Positions 57,373 to 64,000 of a stretch of DNA of 64,000 nt are shown in pieces (position 1 is the stretch's first letter; each line of letters opens with the position of its first letter). Under the pieces are notes generated by a model, which saw nothing but the letters and a program-made list of their open reading frames with translations, searched no databases and was not told where the DNA came from. The stretch comes from Dehalococcoidia bacterium (GTDB lineage: Bacteria; Chloroflexota; Dehalococcoidia; JAUSIH01). A program made the translations under genes and the position numbers. Location: positions 3,744 to 67,743 of the forward strand of contig JAUSIH010000037.1 in assembly GCA_030648205.1 (NCBI GenBank), written 5' to 3'.

Positions 57373-58941
57373 ATGGCGATTGACTACGTACGCAACGGCG
57401 ACCAGAGTTCTTCCTCGCGGCCCTTGGACGGGTTGGTTGAGAAGGGCAGGCATCGGCTTTCGCCTTATCTTCCCCGTTTCAGGGACTGGCGCTTCTGGGC
57501 GGTCCAGGGCTTGATAGCACTCATCGCGGGGACGCACACTATCCTGGAAGTCATGCGCCACAGCGGGTACACGGTCTTCGTGGGCCCTCCGGACGCGCAG
57601 GTGGTCCTGCTCTCTTTCATACCCGTCTCGCTGTTCTTCGTCCCCGTGGTGTACGCAGCCCTTAACTTCGGCCTGGCGGGCGCTGTGGCGACCGCCATAT
57701 GGTGTACGTTTCTTACAACACCCAACATCATGCTTCATTCGGAAACGGAGCGCATCCGCGAAGTCTTGCAGTTGGGGATTGTGGACGGCGTCGCGGTCTT
57801 CGTGGGGCAGCGCGTTAACCGGGAGATGAGCGCGCGGAAAGAGGCGGAAGACGCCAGCGCGGCGCTGCGTGTGTCAGAGGCCAAGTACCGGGGGCTTTTT
57901 GAGTCCTCCCCGGCGCCCATCCTCGTCCTGGACTCGCAGGGGGTCGTTTTGGAGGCCAATCCGGCGGCGGGCGTGCTGCTGGCCAGGTCTTCCGACGCTC
58001 TCAAGGGCGCCCATGTTTCTGACCTTTTTGAAACGCCGGGGGCCGAGCGGATACTGGGCTTGCTTCAGGAGGGCAGACGCGAAGACTCGTACGTTGTTTT
58101 GAAGTCCCTGGCCGGTGAGGAAACATACTTGGAGCCGATGGGGACGCGTATCAACGGCGGCCAAGCCAAAGCCGTCGTTCAGGTATTACTCAGGGACGTG
58201 ACTGTGGAGCGCCAGAGGCAGTTGGGCCTGCGGGCCTACGCCGCCCACGTGCTCCGCGCGCAGGAAGAAGAACGCAAGCGCATCGCCCAGGAGCTCCACG
58301 ATGAGACCGTCCAGACCCTCATTCTGCTGTGCCGTCGCCTGGATGTAGTGGAGACCGGGTGCGGGTCTATGCCCTCGTCCGCCATGGATGGGTTGAGGGA
58401 GGCCCGGAAGACGGCTGAAGCAGTCGTCAGAGACCTGCGGGATTTCAGCAAGGCTCTGCGGCCGCCGACGCTGGACGACCTTGGGTTGGTCACTTCCATT
58501 CGCAGGATTCTGATGGACCTGATGGACAGGGCCAAGGTGAATGGCCAGATAAAGGTGGTGGGGGAGGAGCGGCGCCTGCCGCCGGACCTGGAGCTTGCCT
58601 TATTCCGGATCGCGCAGGAGGCAATGCGGAACGTGGAGCGTCATGCCCAAGCGCGGGAAGTGACGGTGACCCTGTCCTTCTCCGGACGCGAGGCCAGGCT
58701 GGACGTTGTGGACAACGGCGTGGGCTTTGTGCTGCCTCCCCACTCGAGCGACATGGCCGCGTTCGGCCGGCTGGGGCTTCTCGGTATGCGGGAGCGGGCG
58801 GAACTGCTGGGCGGCAGGCTTGAGGTCAAGTCCACCGCTGGCAAGGGCACGCGGATCACCGCCTCTATTCCCGCTCCCGCTGACTCCACCTCACAGCCCC
58901 TCAGCCCCACCGGAAGCGCTGGGGGGAGAGGCAGTCCCTAA
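57373..58941 (+). CDS. membrane sensor histidine kinase (HisKA_3/NarX-DesK type) with PAS domain
   Basis: N-terminal TM helices, a PAS-like region ('LFESSPAPILVLDSQGVVLEANPAA'), H-box 'RIAQELHDETVQTL' and HATPase 'VVDNGVGF...GLLGMRERAELLGGRLEV'. Confidence 0.8.
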   Translation: MAIDYVRNGDQSSSSRPLDGLVEKGRHRLSPYLPRFRDWRFWAVQGLIALIAGTHTILEVMRHSGYTVFVGPPDAQVVLLSFIPVSLFFVPVVYAALNFGLAGAVATAIWCTFLTTPNIMLHSETERIREVLQLGIVDGVAVFVGQRVNREMSARKEAEDASAALRVSEAKYRGLFESSPAPILVLDSQGVVLEANPAAGVLLARSSDALKGAHVSDLFETPGAERILGLLQEGRREDSYVVLKSLAGEETYLEPMGTRINGGQAKAVVQVLLRDVTVERQRQLGLRAYAAHVLRAQEEERKRIAQELHDETVQTLILLCRRLDVVETGCGSMPSSAMDGLREARKTAEAVVRDLRDFSKALRPPTLDDLGLVTSIRRILMDLMDRAKVNGQIKVVGEERRLPPDLELALFRIAQEAMRNVERHAQAREVTVTLSFSGREARLDVVDNGVGFVLPPHSSDMAAFGRLGLLGMRERAELLGGRLEVKSTAGKGTRITASIPAPADSTSQPLSPTGSAGGRGSP

Positions 58942-59131
58942 GGAGGCCTCTGTGCCTGCCGCTCGGAATAGTACCAGCGGTAAGGCAGAACTCAGCCCCC
59001 CGCTTCTCCGCCTCGTGCCATTCCGCGGCAGGCCCCTTCTGACATGCAATCGTACCGTTGTCTTGCCCCAGGCGCGAGTCTGACAGAGCCTGTCGCTTTG
59101 CTGTCGGAGCTTTGGAAGATTGCCGTGTCGC

Positions 59132-60289
59132 TTACTTGGCCCGCTTGCCTTTGGGAGGGGTGCTCCGGCCCTTGAAGCGCTTGAGCAGGCCGGTGAGGGT
59201 GTCGCGGAAGCCACCGTACTCCAGCTCGCTGTAGGGGAGCATGGCGGCCCCGGACCATCCCTGGTCGCGCATGTACAGGGCCTTCTCCTGGGCCTTCGTC
59301 CGCACCACGTCCCAGGCGACGTTCGCGAAGAAGTCGCAGTGATTCTCGGAGAAATAACCCGCCACGTCCATGGAGAACCCCACGCAGGAGACGAGCGGCA
59401 GGCAGTATATCCCCGTGACGGGCGTGCCCAGGGGGACGGGCATGAGAGGCATGACGTGCGAGCCGCGCGCGTCGCCGCCCACGTAGTGCGCCTTGGCGAA
59501 GGGGGAGAGCAGCTCTTCCGGCGCGGGGAAGATGCCCTGGTTGCGGACGAGCGCCACGGGGTCGTCTTTGCCGGTGTATGTGCCCGCGATGCTGTGAAGC
59601 CGCTGCGCCGACACGGATACGGCCACGTCGCCCGTGGTGCGGGAGATGATCGCGTCAATGCCGAACCGCTCGTTGTCGCGGAGCAGCATGGCGATCTGGT
59701 AGTAGTCCTCCGGAGCGTTGAGTTCAATGATGCTGTCCGTTCCGGTGTGGTCCATGTCAATGATGCGGAATGTGAATCCCTTGATCATCTTGGGCAGCAT
59801 CAGGCCGGCGCAGTACATGGGGTCGGCGAAGGCGAGGAACAGGGGAAGGTTGTAGGCGCCGGGGCCGCACTTGTCGGCGGCGAACATGCAGAAGGACTCG
59901 GCGGCCCGGTTCTTGTTGGTCTTGACGGGGTTGTGGTCAAACTCCACCTCCGCCACGGCGGGGCCCGCCCCCCGGATGTTTCCCGACGGCGCATCCACCA
60001 GCAGGTCCTGTCCGGCCCCGTACAGCCCGGAGCGCTGTGCTATGGACGTCGCCTGTACAAAGGTGTTCCATGCGAACTGGTGGATGTCCGAGTTGCCCTC
60101 ACCTCGCGTGTGCGACATGAGTATGGCGATGTCGTCGCCGGTGTGGGACACAAAGCCGTCTATGACGAGTTTCTTGCCGATGGCGGATTTGACCGCCCGG
60201 CGCACCGACTCCACCATCTTCTGGGATGGCGTGGTGTGGCCGCCAATGGAGCCGACGTCTGCCTTCAGGATGGACAGGGTCATTTTCAT
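59132..60289 (-). CDS. fbp: bifunctional fructose-1,6-bisphosphate aldolase/phosphatase (FBPase class V)
   Basis: 'LSILKADVGSIGGHTTPS...FVSHTGDDIAILMSHTRGEGNSDIH' is highly characteristic of archaeal-type FBP aldolase/phosphatase. 385 aa. Confidence 0.85.
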   Translation of the reverse strand: MKMTLSILKADVGSIGGHTTPSQKMVESVRRAVKSAIGKKLVIDGFVSHTGDDIAILMSHTRGEGNSDIHQFAWNTFVQATSIAQRSGLYGAGQDLLVDAPSGNIRGAGPAVAEVEFDHNPVKTNKNRAAESFCMFAADKCGPGAYNLPLFLAFADPMYCAGLMLPKMIKGFTFRIIDMDHTGTDSIIELNAPEDYYQIAMLLRDNERFGIDAIISRTTGDVAVSVSAQRLHSIAGTYTGKDDPVALVRNQGIFPAPEELLSPFAKAHYVGGDARGSHVMPLMPVPLGTPVTGIYCLPLVSCVGFSMDVAGYFSENHCDFFANVAWDVVRTKAQEKALYMRDQGWSGAAMLPYSELEYGGFRDTLTGLLKRFKGRSTPPKGKRAK

Positions 60290-60353
60290 GGTGTTATCTC
60301 CTTCTTGATGTGTTCAGTGGGGCCACGGGCGCCAGGATGCCAATGTTATATCG

Positions 60354-61112
60354 CTATTGCGCCACCCAGCCGCCGTCCACCACCATGGGGTGCCCGGTCA
60401 CAAAGGACGCCGCGTCCGAGCAGAGCCACACGACAGCTTCAGCAATCTCCTCCGGCGCGCCCATCCTTCCGACAGGCTCTCCGGCGGCTAGCTGGGCCGC
60501 CGCCGCCGCATTTCCCCCTGTGAAGTGCTCGATCATCGGCGTGCGAATGACCCCCGGGCATACGGCGTTGACCCTGATGCCCGACTTGGCGTACTCCAGC
60601 GCGGCCGTCTTTGTCAGGCCCACGACGCCATGCTTGCTCGCCACGTAGGGCGTGACGCCGGGGAAGCCGACGAGACCGGCGATGGACGAGCAGTTGACGA
60701 TGGCGCCGCCCTTGTGCTTCAGCATCTCCGGAATCTCGTATTTCATGCAGAGCCAGACGCCCTTGAGGTTGATGCCGATGACACGGTCGAAGTTCTCCTC
60801 CGTGCTGTCAACGATAGGCGCGGCTGCCCCCTCGATGCCCGCGTTGTTGAAGGCGCAGTCCAGACGGCCGTATTTCCGGACGGTCCTCTCCACCATTGTC
60901 TGCACGTCTGCGGTCCTGGACACGTCCGTCTTGATGAAGATGGCCTGGCCGCCGGCCTTCTTGACCATCCGCACCGTCTCGTCGCCGCCGGCGACCAGCA
61001 CGTCGGCCACGACGACCCGTGCGCCCTCCCGTGCGAACGCCAGCGCCGTTGCGCGGCCTATGCCCGAGCTGGCTCCTGTGACGATGGCGACCTTCCCATC
61101 AAATGTGCCCAT
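60354..61112 (-). CDS. short-chain dehydrogenase/reductase (SDR) family oxidoreductase
   Basis: 'GKVAIVTGASSGIGRA', 'NNAG' and catalytic 'YVASKHGVVGLTK'. Confidence 0.8.
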   Translation of the reverse strand: MGTFDGKVAIVTGASSGIGRATALAFAREGARVVVADVLVAGGDETVRMVKKAGGQAIFIKTDVSRTADVQTMVERTVRKYGRLDCAFNNAGIEGAAAPIVDSTEENFDRVIGINLKGVWLCMKYEIPEMLKHKGGAIVNCSSIAGLVGFPGVTPYVASKHGVVGLTKTAALEYAKSGIRVNAVCPGVIRTPMIEHFTGGNAAAAAQLAAGEPVGRMGAPEEIAEAVVWLCSDAASFVTGHPMVVDGGWVAQ

Positions 61113-61250
61113 GATGCTGTCCTGGCCTTTCCCCCTCCCGGCTTCCGGCGTCTGTCCAGCCTAGCGGCGTTGCAACGCTCATTTCCTGCGGCTACGCGAA
61201 AAGAGGGAATGGGAGGACGTGGGCCGAGTCCGGGCGCAGTGGTCTGGGCC

Positions 61251-62915
61251 CTACGCCGCCCAGGCCGGGTTGTACACGCCGTAGACCTCGCGCAGCACGT
61301 CGCAGATTTCGCCGAGCGTTGCGTAGGCGCGCACCGCGTCCAGCATCGCCGGCATCACGTTCTGGTCGTCGCGCGCGGCCCGCTTCAACTCGTCCAGCCG
61401 CTTCAGCGTCTCCCTGTTGTCCCGCTCGTGGCGCACCTGGGCAAGCCGTTGCATTTGCCGTCGCTCGCTTTTCGGGTCGATTTTCAGGATTTGCATGGAA
61501 GTCGGCTCCTCGACGACGTAGTCGTTCACGCCGACGATGATGCGGTCGCGCCGGTCCACCTCCTGTTGGTAGCGGAAGGAGGCCTCGGCGATCTCGCGGA
61601 CGAAGAACCCGCTCTCCACGCACGCCACCACGCCGCCCATGTCCTCCACGCGCCGGAAGTACTCCCGCGCTCCCTCCTCCATCTTATTGGTCAGCCACTC
61701 CATGTAGAAGCTGCCGCCCAGCGGGTCTACCGTGTTGGCCACGCCCGTCTCGTGGGCGATGACCTGCTGCGTGCGCAGGGCGATGAGCGCCGCCTTGTCG
61801 GTGGGCAGAGAGAGGGCTTCGTCCATCGAGTTGGTGTGGAGCGACTGGGTGCCGCCCAGTACCGCCGCGAGCGCCTGAAGGGCCACGCGCGCCACGTTCA
61901 CCTCCGGCTGCTGCGCCGTCAGGGAGCATCCCGCCGTCTGGGCGTGGGTGCGCATCCACAAGGTACGCTCGCTGGTTGCCTTGTATTTCTCCTTCATCTC
62001 CCGTGCCCAGATGCGGCGCGCCGCCCGGAACTTGGCGATCTCCTCGAAGAAGTCGTTATGGACGTTGAAGAAGAAGCTCAACCGCGGCCCGAATTCGTCA
62101 ATCTTCAGGCCCCGCTCCAGACAGGCGTCCACGTAGGCGAACCCATCACTCAGCGTGAAGGCCAGCTCCTGGACCGCCGTGGACCCCGCCTCCCTGATAT
62201 GGTAGCCGCTGATGCTGATGGGGTTCCATTTGGGCATGTTACGGGTTGCGAACTCCACCGTGTCCACCACCAACTTGATGGAGGGCGCCGGCGGGAAGAT
62301 GTATTCGTTCTGGGCGATGTATTCCTTCAGGATGTCATTCTGGAGGGTGCCGCCCAGGGACGCCATGGGAATGCCCTTCTTCTCGGCGGCGATGATGTAC
62401 ATGGCCCAGATGGGCGCGGCGGGGCTGTTGATGGTCATGGACGTGGTGATCTTGTCCAACGATATGCCGTCGAACAGGACTTCCATGTCCCGCAGCGAGG
62501 ACACGGCCACGCCGCACTTGCCGAACTCGCCCTTGGAGGCGGGATGGTCCGAGTCGTAGCCCATGAGCGTAGGCAGGTCGAGCGCGACGGACAGGCCCGC
62601 GCCGCCGGACTTCAACAGGTACTTGTACCGCTGGTTCGTGTCCTCGGCGTCTCCGAAGCCCGCGAACTGGCGCATGGTCCAGAGCTTGCCGCGGTAGCCG
62701 GTGGCGTGGACGCCGCGCAGGAAGGGGTACTCGCCCGGCAGGCTCATGTCCCGCTTGTAGTCGAAGCCTTCCAGGTGGCGCTGTGTATAGACCCGCTCGA
62801 TGGGTGTATTGGAGAGGTTGGTCGGGTCTTTGCGCGCCTCGCGCGCATGGCCGTTGCTCTCCCGCGCGTGGGCCTCTTTTCCTTTAACATGGCCGAGCTT
62901 CTTGGCGTCGGGCAC
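61251..62915 (-). CDS. methylmalonyl-CoA mutase-family large (substrate-binding) subunit, no fused B12-binding domain
   Basis: '[61 protein letters not shown]' is the acyl-CoA mutase TIM-barrel signature. 554 aa. Confidence 0.85.
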   Translation of the reverse strand: MPDAKKLGHVKGKEAHARESNGHAREARKDPTNLSNTPIERVYTQRHLEGFDYKRDMSLPGEYPFLRGVHATGYRGKLWTMRQFAGFGDAEDTNQRYKYLLKSGGAGLSVALDLPTLMGYDSDHPASKGEFGKCGVAVSSLRDMEVLFDGISLDKITTSMTINSPAAPIWAMYIIAAEKKGIPMASLGGTLQNDILKEYIAQNEYIFPPAPSIKLVVDTVEFATRNMPKWNPISISGYHIREAGSTAVQELAFTLSDGFAYVDACLERGLKIDEFGPRLSFFFNVHNDFFEEIAKFRAARRIWAREMKEKYKATSERTLWMRTHAQTAGCSLTAQQPEVNVARVALQALAAVLGGTQSLHTNSMDEALSLPTDKAALIALRTQQVIAHETGVANTVDPLGGSFYMEWLTNKMEEGAREYFRRVEDMGGVVACVESGFFVREIAEASFRYQQEVDRRDRIIVGVNDYVVEEPTSMQILKIDPKSERRQMQRLAQVRHERDNRETLKRLDELKRAARDDQNVMPAMLDAVRAYATLGEICDVLREVYGVYNPAWAA

Positions 62916-63172
62916 AAGGACACCTCCCTGGGAGACGCTAGCGCCACATGCCGGCCCTGATGGAGAGGAACGCGGGCGAGTCTGCTATCATCAGATGCGC
63001 TGAAACATGCGGATTTATTGGTCTAAGTGTAGCAAAGGCGTCATATAGTGTCAACGCTGGCAAATAGGGCCACGGGACCGCCGCGCCATCCCCGGCGGAG
63101 CGCGCCTGTCTCTCTCGGCGCGTCTGGTAAACTGGAACAGGGTGCACATCCCGCAGGGAAGGGGACAGCGTC

Positions 63173-64000
63173 ATGCGCAAGCCAGAGGCCGATAGGCCGG
63201 TGCGTTCTCCAATCGCGACGACTTCGCGCCCGCCCTCCGTACGCTACGATGTGACCCTGCTGTCCCCCGGCGACCTGCACCTTTTCAACGAGGGTTCCCA
63301 TTGTCGTCTGTATCAGGCGCTGGGCGCTCACCCCCTGTCGGTCGGTGGCGAGGACGGCACGTACTTCGCCGTATGGGCGCCGGGCGCGACGCAGGTCTCC
63401 GTGACGGGTGAATTCAACGGCTGGAACAGGGCCAGCCATCTCCTGCGACCATGCGGTCAGTCCGGTATCTGGGAGGGCTTCGTTCCCGGAGTCGGCGAAG
63501 GCGCCGTTTACAAATTCAACGTGGTCTCCCGGCACGGCGGGTACAGCGTGGACAAGGCGGACCCCTTTGCGTTCCACACCGAGACGCCTCCCCGGACGGC
63601 CTCCATCGTGTGGGACGCCGCGTACGCGTGGGGCGACCAGGCATGGATGGACACGCGGCGGCGGCGCAACGCTCGGGAGGCCCCCATCGCTATCTACGAG
63701 GTCCACGTAGGCTCGTGGATGCGCGTGCCGGAGGAAGGCAATCGCTCGCTGACCTACCGCGAGATGGCCCCCCGGCTCGCGGAGTACGTGCAGCGCATGG
63801 GGTTCACGCACGTGGAGTTCTTGCCCGTCATGGAGCACCCCTTCTATGGCTCCTGGGGCTACCAGACCACCGGCTACTTCTCGCCCACCAGCCGCTACGG
63901 CGCGCCCGAGGACTTCATGTACCTGGTTGACTATCTGCACCAGCAGGGCATCGGCGTCATCCTCGACTGGGTGCCCTCCCACTTTCCGTCCGACGAGCAC
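63173..64000 (+). CDS. glgB: 1,4-alpha-glucan branching enzyme, N-terminal part (3' end outside window)
   Basis: Hand translation from the ATG at 63173 is open to the window end. It gives '...LFNEGSHCRLYQALGAH...FAVWAPGATQVSVTGEFNGWN...YKFNV...IYEVHVGSW...GFTHVEFLPVMEHPFYGSWGYQTTGYF...GIGVILDWVPSHFP'. It is not in the ORF track because it lacks a stop. Confidence 0.85.
   Translation, partial: MRKPEADRPVRSPIATTSRPPSVRYDVTLLSPGDLHLFNEGSHCRLYQALGAHPLSVGGEDGTYFAVWAPGATQVSVTGEFNGWNRASHLLRPCGQSGIWEGFVPGVGEGAVYKFNVVSRHGGYSVDKADPFAFHTETPPRTASIVWDAAYAWGDQAWMDTRRRRNAREAPIAIYEVHVGSWMRVPEEGNRSLTYREMAPRLAEYVQRMGFTHVEFLPVMEHPFYGSWGYQTTGYFSPTSRYGAPEDFMYLVDYLHQQGIGVILDWVPSHFPSDEH

Noticed and set aside
60525-62960. 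811-aa plus-strand ORF
   Set aside because: It lies antisense to the SDR and mutase genes, with extreme R/G/A/D/H composition.
63048-63254. 68-aa ORF and the other short ORFs 63408..63710 and 63451..63930
   Set aside because: They are in different frames from the clear glgB reading frame starting at 63173, which continues open to the window end.

Overview
This is a high-GC (~67%) bacterial chromosomal segment. The gene content (rpmG-secE-nusG-rplKAJL without rpoBC, a bifunctional FBP aldolase/phosphatase, lipoproteins) suggests a monoderm Chloroflexota-like organism, but that is an inference. Core housekeeping genes are well supported: hemL, dnaN, an S1-like rpsA, clpC, radA, rnhA, rlmN, a tRNA-Thr/Tyr/Thr-tuf-rpmG-secE-nusG-rplK-rplA-rplJ-rplL cluster with a consensus promoter and terminator, a glgB start, a methylmalonyl-CoA-mutase-like large subunit and FBP aldolase/phosphatase. 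Around them are accessory loci: (i) a NurA-like nuclease, a hypothetical protein, a repeat-flanked dehydrogenase and a HerA-like ATPase; (ii) three ~355-aa paralogs with a 'GWTDGLPxVPPT' motif, an SBP_bac_5 binding protein and a UGSC-type selenoprotein gene with an in-frame TGA followed by a SECIS-like hairpin; (iii) larE-like and larC separated by a chagasin-like inhibitor gene and a ~1.6-kb AT-rich island; (iv) seven copies of a modular MITE-like repeat with terminal inverted repeats 'ctagtgtagtg...cactacactag'; (v) the most unusual locus, a ~9.6-kb minus-strand operon (46.9-56.5 kb) divergent from a NarL-type two-component system. The operon encodes a TAT-exported 4x[4Fe-4S] NrfC/PsrB-like subunit, an NrfD/PsrC-like integral membrane subunit, a doubly anchored cupredoxin, a cytochrome c'-like lipoprotein with collagen-like GXY repeats, and two tandem copies of a pair of uncharacterised lipoproteins. 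No molybdopterin catalytic subunit is present, so this may be an undescribed quinol-linked extracytoplasmic electron-transfer module. Many long ORFs lying antisense to real genes are GC artefacts and are listed as rejected.
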